A stretch of DNA of 64,000 bases from Macrostomum lignano (Eukaryota), in contig NIVC01000686.1 of NCBI GenBank assembly GCA_002269645.1, forward strand, positions 62,001 through 126,000, given 5' to 3'. Below the pieces are notes generated by a model. That model was not told where the DNA came from. It made no database searches and saw only the letters and a program-made list of their open reading frames with translations. A program made the position numbers and the translations under genes. Shown here piece after piece: positions 42,978 through 64,000 of the stretch. The first letter of the stretch is position 1. Each line of letters opens with the position of its first letter.

Positions 42978-44671
42978 CCCCTAGAAAACCAATGGATAGC
43001 GTGGCTAACTATCAGCACTTTTTACCAGTCCGATAGTCTATGGTCATGACAGTTAAGCGTGGCCTGCACTGGCAACACTGCGTGAAAATCCGAATGAACA
43101 GCGTGGCAGACCATGGAGTTTAAAGTGAATGAGATCAACAGAAAAATTGTAGAACGTTTTATTTGAGTCTCAATCTCAAAACAGGCATGAATATTTTTAT
43201 AATAATCAGAGTTATCCTTACATGTAAATACAAAAAATGCGGCTAAAATTCACTTTATAAATTTCCTTACGCATCGAGCCATTTTTGCGTATAATTTACA
43301 CTCTGAATTTCGAATGGGGATAGCTTTATGGTTGTTATAGTATGAGCGCATATGAAAAGGCCATTCAAAGAAGGAATATATATTAAAATTTGGTTAATAA
43401 ACCATTACACAGCTACAAAATTATATCCTGGAAGCATCAAACCCGAAGGCTAAAATAGTTTTAACGAAACATTTTGAGATAAATTACTGCATAGACAAGG
43501 TGCAAAAATTATAAAGTTTTCTATTCCGACTAAAAATAATAAGTCGCATAGCTGAGTCACATGGACGTGCAAAGTTTTATGTTGCTAGGGTCTATTGGAC
43601 ACTTAGCTCATTTAATATGGCTTTCCAAGAGAACTCTGATAAGCTCGTAAACATAATGTTGCATACAGACTATTTTACAGCATACTAAAATATACTCTAT
43701 CAATCAATTCTACCAATAATTATAAAAAAACATAAAAACCCAGTTCGAAAAAGTCATCCGTGCTGCAGATAATTGAATTGCTTAGCTGTGCCATTCTCGG
43801 AAGCAACCGGGAACGCACAGTCCGGGCTCACCTGGGCATTGCTCACACACGAAGACTGCCCGCCTAGTCCTGCCATTCCGGTAGCAGACTCGGCAGCGCC
43901 GCGTGGGCCGCTGGTTTCCAGGCGTTGCGGGCAGCTTGCCGGGCAGGTGCACAGCTCCGCCAACGTCGGGCACTGGGCGAACGCAGCGCTTTTCCCAGGT
44001 CCTGAGCTGTCAATCAGCGCGACGACCACATTCTCCATGAATGGTAAAAACTTCTTCGATCCTCCGGACAGGTGGTACACAATCCAGGAGTTGTGCGCCA
44101 GCTGCAGCAGAAAGTGGATGTCCAGCTTCTGATGCCAGCGGTACATTTTCCTGTTCGGATGGTTGGGTTGAAGTCCTGGCTCCAGATGCACTCCGGGAAC
44201 ACCAAGAAACTCCGGCAACAGTCCAGCTCTCTCATCGGTGGTTTCGTCCACTACCATCCAAGCCTCATTCTGAACAGTTTCGCCTGCCTCTTCGAGTACT
44301 TCGTCAGGAAATTCTTCACTTGATAAGGAATCGTCCGAGTCACTCAAAGACTCGTCGCTGGTAAGCAGCTGATCCATCAGTCACTTTGTTTGGTTGCAAA
44401 ACAATCAAGGAGAAATGCTTACTGCGCTGTACAGACTTGTTTATCTTAAAAGGAAGGGACTGGCCATGGACAATTAATGAAAAAGCCCCAGTATAGACGT
44501 ACAGTGAAGCTTTTATCTACAGATACTCTGCATAGTTAGGTAAGTTCTTTATCGGATTTTGGGGGAGTGTAGCAGACCCGCTCATTTAGGCCCAGTTGTC
44601 TATGGTCAGCGCTGCTCAGTGCGCACAAAATAAAGGCATAGAAGAGGATAATCCATGTCAACTAATCGTGG
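42978..44671 (-). mobile_element. Internally deleted, frameshifted piggyBac transposon (transposase remnant 44377-43782)
   Basis: An acidic N-terminus (SDESLSDSDDS...FLGVPG) is fused directly to RKMYRWHQKLDIHFLLQLAHNSWIVY. The C-terminal Cys-rich domain RRCRVC...VFVCEQCPGEPGLCVPGCFREWH lies in another frame, and the DDD core is absent. Candidate boundaries TTAA|CCCC (42974) and GG|TTAA (44672) match each other only weakly. Confidence 0.75.
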
Positions 44672-45630
44672 TTAAAAAATCCATCAAGTCGTCATCATCA
44701 GAGGCCATCATTGCTTGAAAATTGCATTGTATTTCAATATTAGAGCGGCGAGTTAACTACACAACAAAGTGAATATTGCATCGTATAGTACGTGTGTTCG
44801 AAATTCGTGCAACAAAGTCTCAGCGGTGTGTTCACTGTACTGTAGGCTGCAGTCATAAATGAGCGAAGTTTCGCAGACTTAGCGGTTACAAAAATTTGCT
44901 GAAATACCGAGAAAAGGAATAAATCTGCTTTGCATACTACTTATACACCCTACTCGAGCATCACAAAGTTTTGCCAGTGAGCATTTTTGCGCTTTTTGTA
45001 TGCATACAAGTACTAGTATAAACCACGCTCAGCGGAATAAAAAAACAATAGCTAAATCTACTGTTAGTATTGATGATAATGTTATTTTAAACAAAAAATG
45101 ACAATTTCATATACTACACAAAATATAGCGCGCAGAGTTTTCACTTTTACCGTCATGGTAATTGTTAATCTGGCGCCACTCTGCGTACAGAAAGTTTTAA
45201 CCTGTCTTAAATCGTCAAAAGGAATTTTTAATTACCTACCAGAAGTTTTAAATTACCACCTCAAGCTCAAATTATCTTCCGGAAGTTGCAATCATCTATC
45301 GAAAGTTTTAACCAACTATCGGACGTTCCAGCCATCTACCGGTACTGGAAATTCCAATCATCTACCGGAAGTTTTAATCAACTACCGGTCTGCAAAGCAA
45401 TCTCAAATTATCTTCCGGAAGTTGCAATTATCTACAGAGAGTTAAAAACATCCACGGAAGTTCCAATAACCTATCGTAAGTTCCAATCATTTAAAAATCC
45501 TCTACGATACAGAAAGCTCCACTCCGATTTTAATTTAATATTGAGCTGATATCACAAATCAAAATGGACGCCATATAACGCTCATTCATTGCACACCAAT
45601 GGACAGAAGTAAGTACCCAATCAATGTCAA

Positions 45631-54148
<8,518 letters not shown>

Positions 54149-54744
54149 CCTGTCTGAGGGAAGGAGGGGAGTATTGGGAATCGCAGAAGCGGCAGCAGCG
54201 GCTTTCGCCGAGGATTTCGCTTTGGCTTGAGGAGGCAGAGGTTGGGAACTGGAGTGGACTGGCTGGGGGGTAGGCCAGCATCGGTTCGGAGGGCCAATGG
54301 TGCGCTGGCTAGCTGCCTAGCTCGTAGCAGCTCTCCCTGGCCCTGTCAGAGGAAGTCACGAAATGTGTGGGGCTGTTCCCACCCCCCTCTAATTTTCCCA
54401 TTCCCTTTCTGGCTCAAATCCTCGTTCTCTGGATTCTTACAAATTCTTACTTTTCAAGGCTAGGCGAAAAAAACAACTTTTCTTTGAGGCCAACGGGTTT
54501 ACTTCACAATGGCACCGATGAGGGGTAGGTGTTGGGTCTAGGACTCTAGTGGCAGCTGGAGCGTGGATTAGGAGGCAAGGAAATCTTGGACTAGAGCTTG
54601 GAGTACTCGAACGAACCCTTCAGCTAGCTCTCATTGTCATTCTGAGTCTGAATGCAGCAGTTTTCCAGTTTACACAGTGCGGATAGGTCAGCGCCGCGCC
54701 CCCTTATTTATTAAGAGAAACAATAGAGTGACATTGGGAGTGAG

Positions 54745-55950
54745 TCATCTAGGGTGAGAATAGGGAGTGAGAGATCTAGGGCGAGAATAGGGAATGAGAG
54801 ATCTAGGGTGAGAATAGGGAGTGAGAGATCTAGGGTGAGAATAGGGAGTGAGAGATCTAGAGTGAGAATAGGGAGTGAGAGATCTAGGTCGAGAATATAG
54901 GGAGTGACAAAGCTAGGGCGAGAATAGGGAGTGAGAGATCTAGGGCGAGAATAGGGAGTGAGAGATCTAGGGTGAGAATGGGGAGTGAGAGATCTAGGGT
55001 GAGAATAGGGAGTGAGAGATCTTGGGTGAGAATAGGGAGTGAGAGATCGAGAGTGAGAATAGGGAGTGAGAGATCGAGAGTGAGAATAGGGAGTGAGAGA
55101 TCTAGGGTGAGAATAGGGAGTGAGAGATCTAGGGTGAGAATAGGGAGTGGGAGATCTAGGGTGAGAATATAGAGTGAGAGATCTAGGGTGAGAATAGGGA
55201 GTGGGAGATCTAGGGTGAGAATAGGGAGTGGGAGATCTAGGGTGAGAATAGGGAGTGGGAGATCTAGGGTGAGAATAGGGAGTGGGAAATCTAGGGTGAG
55301 AATAGGGAGTGGGAAATCTAGGGTGAGAATAGGGAGTGAGAGATCTAGGGTGAGAATATAGAGTGAGAGATCTAGGGTGAGAATAGGGAGTGAGAGATCT
55401 AGGGTGAGAATAGGGAGTGGGAGATCTAGGGTGAGAATAGGGAGTGGGAGATCTAGGGTGAGAATATAGAGTGAGAGATCTAGGGTGAGAATAGGGAGTG
55501 GGAGATCTAGGGTGAGAATAGGGAGTGGGAGATCTAGGGTGAGAATATAGAGTGAGAGATCTAGGGTGAGAATAGGGAGTGAGAGATATAGAGTGAGAAT
55601 AGGGAGTGAGAGATCGAGAGTGAGAATGGGGAGTGAGAGATCTAGAGTGAGAATGGGGAGTGAGAGATCTAGGGTGAGAATAGGGAGTGAGAGATCTAGG
55701 GCGAGAATAGGGAGTGAGAGATATAGAGTGAGAATAGGGAGTGAGAGATCGAGAGTGAGAATGGGGAGTGAGAGATCTAGAGTGAGAATGGGGAGTGAGA
55801 GATCTAGGGTGAGAATAGGGAGTGAGAGATCTAGGGCGAGAATATAGGGAGGGAGAGATCTAGGAGGAGAATAGAGAGAGTGTGTAAAGGGATCTAGGGT
55901 GAGATTCTAATGATAAGAGAGAGTAAAGAGATCTAGGGTGAGATTAGGGA
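54745..55950. repeat. 27-bp minisatellite (TAGGGAGTGAGAGATCTAGGGTGAGAA)
   Basis: Direct reading. Confidence 0.95.
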
Positions 55951-56569
55951 GTGAGAGTTAAGGAGCAGTGAAATGGAACAGGCCAAGAATATACCAGAGT
56001 CTGTTACTACGAGAATAGGCATGACAGATAAAAGTGCAAATGCAGGGACTCGGCTGCAGAGGGGACGCAAACGAATTGCAAATTGCTGATTAAAAGAATT
56101 CCCAAGGATGCCAGTCTGTCTATAGATCAGACTGGTCTTAGGAGAACAAAGAAATGCGTCTTATCCAGAAGAGTTAAGTCACGGATATCAATGAGAATAG
56201 CGCTGACTATGGGAGCAGAGGCGGAGAAGGGAGATCTGGGGAGCTTAGCTTGCTCAGCTCAATCAGTCGGTCGGATCCCGCCGGCGGGGAAACCCACCAG
56301 AGCCAGTAGTCAATGTACTGAATTATGCATAGCGGTGCACCAGTAATGTGTAGTATATTATATATCTAAGCCGGGTTTTGCGGCTCAACGGGGCACCGCG
56401 CGGTTGCTGAGAGAATGGCAGATTATGCGGCTTTGATAGCAGTGCATGACTGCTCAGGAGGCTGGGACTGATCGGCCTGTGCTGTACTGAAGATGAGCCG
56501 CGGTGGCCCCCCTAAAAAAGGCTGCGACGGTGGGAAGAGAGAGAGGCAGCGACAGACTGCAAGCAAGTA

Positions 56570-58560
56570 GTCAGAGTGAGGGGAAGGGAATCAGAGAGAG
56601 GAAGGGAACCCGAATAAGGGGAAGAGAATCAGAGTGAGAGGAAGGGAATCAGAGTGAGAGGAAGGGGATCAGAGTGAGGGGAAGGGAATCAGAGTGAGAG
56701 GAAGGGAATCAGAGTGAGAGGAAGGGGATCAGAGTGAGAGGAGGGGAATCAGAGTGAGAGGAAGGGAATCAGAGTGAGAGGAAGGGAATCAGAGCAAGGG
56801 GAAGGGAATCAGAGTGAGAGGAAGGGAATCAGAGTGAGAGGAAGGGGATCAGAGTGAGAGGAGGGGAATCAGAGTGAGAGGAAGGGAATCAGAGTGAGAG
56901 GAAGGGAATCAGAGTGAGGGGAAGGGAATCAGAGTGAGAGGAAGGGAATCAGAGTAAGGGGAAGGGAATCAGAGTGAGAGGAAGGGAATCAGAGTGAGAG
57001 GAAGGGGATCAGAGTGAGAGGAGGGGAATCAGAGTGAGAGGAAGGGAATCAGAGTGAGAGGAAGGGAATCAGAGTGAGGGGAAGGGAATCAGAGTGAGAG
57101 GAAGGGAATCAGAGTGAGAGGAAGGGGATCAGAGTGAGAGGAGGGGAATCAGAGTGAGAGGAAGGGAATCAGAGTGAGGGGAAGGGAATCAGAGTGAGAG
57201 GAAGGGAATCAGAGTGAGAGAAAGGGAATCAGAGTGAGAGGAGGGGAATCAGAGTGAGAGGAAGGGAATCAGAGTGAGAGGAAGGGAATCAGAGTGAGAG
57301 GAAGGGAATCAGAGAGAGGAAGGGAACCCGAATAAGGGGAAGGGAATCAGAGTGAGAGGAAGGGGATCAGAGTGAGAGGAAGGGAATCAGAGTGAGAGGA
57401 AGGGGATCAGAGTGAGAGGAAGGGAATCAGAGTGAGAGGAAGGGAATCAGAGTGAGAGGAAGGGGATCAGAGTGAGAGGAAGGGAATCAGAGTGAGAGGA
57501 AGGGAATCAGAGTGAGAGGAGGGGAATCAGAGTGAGAGGAAGGGAATCAGAGTGAAAGGAAGGGAATCAGAGTGAGAGCAATCGAATCAGAGTGAGAGGA
57601 AGGGGATCAGAGTGAGAGGAAGGGGATCAGAGTGAACGGAAGGGAATCAGAGTGAGGGGAAGGGAATCAGAGTGAGAGGAGGGGAATCAGAGTGAGAGGA
57701 AGGGAATCAGAGTGAGAGGAAGGGAATCAGAGTGAGAGAAAGGGAATCAGAGTGAGAGGAAGGGGATCAGAGTGAGAGAGAGGAGGGGAATCAGAGTGAG
57801 AGGAAGGGAATCAGAGTGAAAGGAAGGGAATCAGAGTGAGAGCAATCGAATCAGAGTGAGAGGAAGGGGATCAGAGTGAGAGGAAGGGAATCAGAGTGAG
57901 AGGAAGGGGATCAGAGTGAGAGGAAGGGAATCAGAGTGAGAGGAAGGGAATCAGAGTGAGAGCAATCGAATCAGAGTGAGAGGAAGGGGATCAGAGTGAG
58001 AGGAAGGGAATCAGAGTGAACGGAAGGGAATCAGAGTGAGAGGAAGGGCATCAGAGTGAACGGAAGGGAATCAGAGTGAGAGGAAGGGAATCAGAGTGAG
58101 AGGAAGGGAATCAGAGTGAGAGGAAGGGAATCAGAGTGAGAGGAAGGGGATCAGAGTGAGAGGAAGGGGATCAGAGTGAGAGGAAGGGTATCAGAGTGAA
58201 CGGAAGGGAATCAGAGTGAGAGGAAGGGAATCAGAGTGAGAGGAAGGGAATCAGAGTGAACGGAAGGGAATCAGAGTGAGAGGAAGGGAATCAGAGTGAG
58301 AGGAAGGGAATCAGAGTGAGAGGAAGGGAATCAGAGTGAGAGGAAGGGAATCAGAGTGAGAGGAAGGGGATCAGAGTGAGAGGAAGGGGATCAGAGTGAG
58401 AGGAAGGGTATCAGAGTGAACGGAAGGGAATCAGAGTGAGAGGAAGGGGATCAGAGTGAGAGGAAGGGTATCAGAGTGAACGGAAGGGAATCAGAGTGAG
58501 AGGAAGGGAATCAGAGTGAGAGGAAGGGAATCAGAGTGAGAGAGAGATGAAGGGAGTCAG
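56570..58560. repeat. 20-bp minisatellite (GAATCAGAGTGAGAGGAAGG), about 2 kb
   Basis: Direct reading. Confidence 0.95.
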
Positions 58561-59303
58561 AGTGAAGGGAAGAGAATCAGGTAAGGAGAGAGTTGGCAGT
58601 AAGAGTGGAGATGCAGCGAGAGTGAGCAGCCAAGCTAGTTGGTGTGCCGCCCCGCAACGCAAACCAGACGGTGGCAGCGGCTGCGCCGGAAGTGAATTTT
58701 TACTGCAGTGTTTGCGCAGAGCCGGGCGGGCGCGTCGGAGCGATGGCGGAAGCGGAGAGAACGGGCCTGCGCTGGTGGCCCCATAAAAATACAAATTTGC
58801 AGCGGGTGTTGACACAGAGTGACGGGTGCCAGTCTCAGAGCTCCGGTCTGAGTGAATGACTGAGTGCAGACAGGCAGGGAGAGCGCGAGCGGTTTGCTCG
58901 TGACATCAGGGGGCACTCCGAGAGGCAGTCACAGTGCTGGCCAATCAGTCATGCAGCGGCCCAGCTAGCTCCATATATTGGATTGGATTGAGTGCCCCAC
59001 TCTCTGTTTGATACTGCTGCTAGCCAATTCTAGGAAAAGCAGTGATTGATTGATCAACAGCAGAGCTCACGTGATTGTAACTTTGAGTATTCTAGCTAAC
59101 AGCATAGATAGGTGCACTAGTAAGAAAAGAAGACTTACGGATGCATCATGGTCTGATAGTTTAATTTATTAATCGATATGAAAACTGATATGAATAGGAA
59201 ACGAGAAATAGATTATTCATATCAATTGGGACGGATTTTCGATTCACGCCATGCATTACGACGTGAGAAGGTCAGAGCCCTTTTACGAGCTAGTTCAGTT
59301 GCA

Positions 59304-59605
59304 GCCCGGGCTCGATTCCAAGTGCAGTCAACATTAATTTGGGGCTAAATTGGAATCTCGGCTTGGCTCTGCTTGTGCAATTAACACCCAGCTTGAGGAC
59401 CAATCCTCAAGGCACAGTGAAGTGTACATGCCTAACGATAAATAACACTCCAGTGTGAGTGTGTGCCTGTGCGTATGACTGCATACGTATCCGCGCGCTT
59501 GTGTGCCTGCTCAGGGGAGTCGGTGGAATGGGCAGCAATGCCTCTCGCCGGTTGTGTGACAATGTCGCTTAAAGTGCGCTGGGGTGCACGCAGCCCCCCG
59601 ACTCT
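59304..59605 (+). mobile_element. SINE-like dispersed repeat, copy 2 (5'-truncated)
   Basis: Long near-identical blocks with 9808-10108 (GCTCGATTCCAAGTGCAGTC...AATGCCTCTCGCCGGTTGTGTGACAATGTCGCTTAAAGTGCGC). Confidence 0.65.
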
Positions 59606-60409
59606 AAAGAATCTCTGCCCTGCTGTGAACCCGGTGTACATGCAAGTGCGTACTCAGGGGTCAGTCAGCGAACGGGCCTGCACCTTTGCTGGCTGCCGCA
59701 GGTCGATTGTCGCCTTGAATTGCGCGGCAATGCCGAAGGAAGGAGTTTAAATTTAAACAGTGTTGAACCATCAAAACACGAGCCGTACAAGCTGCCATCG
59801 AACTTGATTGTCACGCACGGACGGCAGACCCAGATCGCAGGTTTACTCTAGAAATTCTGCTATAGCCCCCACTCCACTGCGGTTCGGGAATTATAATAAT
59901 AATTCACCTAGCTACGATCGAGCTGTCGAGTTGTGCGCGCGAACAACTCTCGATAGACGCCGCGAGCAAGCCCTGGGGACATCCAAGCACAGACGGGTGA
60001 GAAGGGGCTCGCTCAAGCGGATTTAGACTCGGGCGAACTGCCGTCAGTTTCTTTACGCAAAGCGGCTTGTCGATAGCTCAGAAGAGCTAATTAAATTTCC
60101 ACTCGGCTTCTTCTTATCGGCTTACAGCCGGCCCAGCTAGATGAAAAATATGCGCATTACAGCGGAATTCTGTTTGCTGTGCAAATTCACTATAATACTC
60201 TCTGGCCTGAATACTGCCAGCTGATTATTTCAGTTTATAAAGAAAAACCGCAAAAGAATGAACTTTAACGATTGCTGGCGAGATACGAGTAATCGCCAGA
60301 TACTGAGACACAGGCAGGAAGGCTTATTTAGGATATCCGTCTGAACTGCTCCAAATCTTTCGCCTGCATAACATAGTGTCAGTTGCTTCCTTCCTGCAGT
60401 CTTGCTTGG

Positions 60410-60510
60410 CTTCAACTGCCTCCACTGACTCAGCTGCTTCCACTGCCTCAGCTGCTTCCACTGCCCCAGCTGCTTCCACTGCCCCAGCTGCTTCCATTGC
60501 CTCAGCTACA
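60410..60510. repeat. 18-bp repeat (GCCTCAGCTGCTTCCACT), about 5 copies
   Basis: Direct reading. Confidence 0.85.
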
Positions 60511-61832
60511 GCTATTTCTGTCTTAGCGCATTGCACAAGTTAATAAAAGAAAATATTGGTAAAATAATAATTAATATTAAGCACAGTATACTCTGAAATT
60601 TTAAGCGTTCAAACGAGAAAGTGACTACTTGAAGCTTCTATTGTACCACAATGTCAGACACAACAGTCAAAGAAAAATATATTATAATTCATTATAATGA
60701 ATCCCAGCAACTACAGGCATACATATAGCTGGTTCTCGGTGCAATAGTTTTCTCCAGAATCAAAAAAAGAGCAAAAGTAGAATAAAGGACAAAGGTGGAC
60801 TCAAATTTGTAAGGGAGTAAAACGCCAAACAAGTGTGAAACAATATTTAATTAACAAATTTATAGGTTTATGGATAATAGACCAAGATGGCAAGCAAAAT
60901 CTAATTTAAGCATAAAAAATTCAGCACTGATCGAAATTCAAGTGCATCATGATCTCTGTTTCTGCTCGATAAAAATAGCATTCTGCAAATAATTTCCATC
61001 ATACTACTTACAACTGCGTGTTAGTAGTTGAAATTAGATTTTTTCTACAAATTATTCTAAGCTTTGCTTGGTGTAGTGACTTTGTTGGGCAGCAGTAACC
61101 GGAATGCTGGGCGACAATTTTTTGAGTGTAGAAGTGAAATGTAGACAGATTATAGATAAGTAATACAATCTACATATAGGCTGTAAATAACAAAGGAGAG
61201 GGAAATAACACAGAAAATATGATTGAGTATATCTACACACAGGTCATGTGCCAGAGGACCTAACGGGCCCGCATTCATTTGGGGCTTGTGTGCGGTTGTC
61301 GTACGATCAACAGCCACGAGAGCCAACTTATCCAAGAGCCAGAATAGTGTACATTCCCGACGGAATTAGAAAGTCAAAAAGGGCCGATGCGCCAATGATA
61401 ATGATGATTGACAACGCGCCAAGCCCTGCCCCCGTCAATGCATTTGGGCATCAAAATATCATCATTAGACAAAAAAATGTACAAAAAATCATCGCTTTAT
61501 ATATACCTGACGTTAATCAATAAAAAATCCTGGGGCAGTTAGAACTAACAGGTAAAATACACACGATTTCGATAGTTGACACAGTAGAATACATTTCGTA
61601 GCTTCTTATTATTCATATCTACAAACTGTAAAATGGCTTCTAAGAAAAGCTTATATGGTTAATCAACAACAGTCAACAACATACAGACAGAAGCTTGCAA
61701 ACATATGACAGGTGGGAACAGTTGTATAAATATCGAAATAAATTTATAATAGATTATAGATAGTAAAGAAACTACATTAAGCCAGGTGCACAGCTTAGTC
61801 ATTATTTGCGCAGTAATTTTTCAGTAGTAAAA

Positions 61833-62612
61833 ATTACTCATTATGACCAATTTTCATCTCAGGTGAATTACTCATTATGACCAATTCTCATCTCACGGGA
61901 ATTACTCATTATGACCAATTCTCATCTCAGGTGAGTTACTCATTATGACCAATTCTCATCTCACGGGAATTACTCATTATGACCAATTCTCATCTCAGGT
62001 GAGTTACTCATTATGACCAATTCTCATCTCACGGGAATTACTCATTATGACCAATTCTCATCTCAGGTTAATTACTCATTATGACCAATTCTCATCTCAG
62101 GTGAATTACTCATTATGACCAATTCTCATCTCACGGGAATTACTCATTATGACCAATTCTCATCTCAGGTTAATTACTCATTATGACCAATTCTCATCTC
62201 AGGTTAATTACTCATTATGACCAATTCTCATCTCACGGGAATTACTCATTATGACCAATTCTCATCTCAGGTAAATTACTCAATATGACCAATTCTCATC
62301 TCAGGTGAGTTACTCATTATGAACAATTCTCATCTCAGGTGAGTTACTCATTATGAACAATTCTAATCTCAGGTGAATTACTCATTATGACCAATTCTCA
62401 TCTCATTCGAATTACTCATTATGACCAATTCTAATCTCAGGTGAATTACTCATTATGACCAATTCTCATCTCAGGCGAATTACTCATTATGACCAATTCT
62501 CATCTGAGGTTAATTACTCATTATGACCAATTCTCATCTGAGGTTAATTACTCATTATGACCAATTCTCATCTGAGGTTAATTACTCATTATGACCAATT
62601 CTCATCTCAGGC
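61833..62612. repeat. 34-bp minisatellite (GAATTACTCATTATGACCAATTCTCATCTCAGGT)
   Basis: Direct reading. Confidence 0.95.
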
Positions 62613-62753
62613 GAGATACTACTATCAGATCAGATACTACTATTAGATAAATCGCCGATCTCATAATTATGACTAATCGCAGCAAGAAACAAATGAGAAA
62701 ATTAGCTGTTTAAAATGTGAACCAATAACAGAGTAGCAACGCCACCCAGCCAG

Positions 62754-63164
<411 letters not shown>

Positions 63165-63231
63165 CTAGGCAATGGGGGAGGGAAGGGTTAGGGCGGTGCA
63201 AATCTTCTTTGATGCTATAATACAAACATCA

Positions 63232-63625
63232 AAATCTTACAGAAATCCAATGGTAGAACATCTAAATCTTAAAGAAATCCATGCGTAGAACATCTAAATC
63301 TTACAGAAATCCATGCGTAGAACATCTAAATCTTACAGAAATCCAATGGTAGAACATCTAAATCTTACAGTAATCCAATGGTAGAACATCTAAATCTTAC
63401 AGTAATCCAATGGTAGAACATCTAAATCTTACAGTAATCCAATGGTAGAACATCTAAATCTTACAGTAATCCAATGGTAGAACATCTAAATCTTACAGTA
63501 ATCCAATGGTAGAACATCTAAATCTTACAGTAATCTAATGGTAGAACATCTAAATCTTACAGTAATCCAATGGTAGAACATCTAAATCTTAGTAATCCAA
63601 TGGTAAAACATCTGAATCTTACAGA
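63232..63625. repeat. 32-bp minisatellite (AATGGTAGAACATCTAAATCTTACAGTAATCC) in the nuclear receptor intron
   Basis: Direct reading. Confidence 0.95.
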
Positions 63626-64000
63626 AAAGTCTGATTAGATTAAATTAGCTGGGCTATGCACAAAACATAGTGCTAATTTATTCATGAGGTTCACCCGCCC
63701 ATCCTTGGCTTAATACGATGCATCTCCATATCAGATGAAATGTAACAGAAATGTATTTTTGAGCTGAAATTATAGATTCAATCTTCACTGTTGAAATTGG
63801 CCAAAAAAGCAGGCTTAACTGATGAATTTTTCCTACAAAGTATATTCCAGAATCAAAGCCTTCAATAATTCATAAAGAGAATTGCTCAACTGCAATTTTT
63901 GCGATCCACATTTAAAAAAATGCTTTGTACTCTTTCATAAAAAGAGAAGTAATGATTTGCATAAAAGCTTATTATATTCTATACTATGATGTAGGTTTGA

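Noticed and set aside
61248-61523. MMIDNAPS resembling a pogo/Tigger DDE motif
   Set aside because: The match is too short, and there are no other transposase motifs or TIRs.

Overview
This is eukaryotic (invertebrate) genomic DNA. The intron and minisatellite style and an anion-type nicotinic subunit suggest a lophotrochozoan, plausibly a flatworm such as Macrostomum (inference only). No prokaryotic features or CRISPR arrays are present. I assembled five spliced protein-coding genes by hand, with phase-consistent splice sites: (1) a highly divergent Cys-loop ligand-gated ion channel-like gene (+, 8932-13307, 5' exon unresolved); (2) an orphan type-I membrane protein with a Cys-rich Ig-like domain and tyrosine motifs in its tail (+, 17096-32456); (3) a complete 450-aa alpha-tubulin with K40T (+, 36161-42100); (4) a 559-aa non-alpha nicotinic-type subunit with the anion-selective Pro-Ala motif and a loop-B Trp-to-Arg change (-, 54148-45631); (5) the last exon of a nuclear-receptor ligand-binding domain (-, 63164-62754). 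Mobile DNA includes a complete 976-bp Merlin-like non-autonomous element (8-bp TSD, telomere-like core), a 113-bp MITE, an internally deleted piggyBac, a tRNA-headed CORE-type SINE and a second SINE-like repeat in two copies. By hand estimate about 35-40% of the window is micro/minisatellite. Many arrays start within tens of bases of splice sites, and some are visibly built from exon-boundary sequence. Most long ORFs in the supplied track are artefacts of these arrays.
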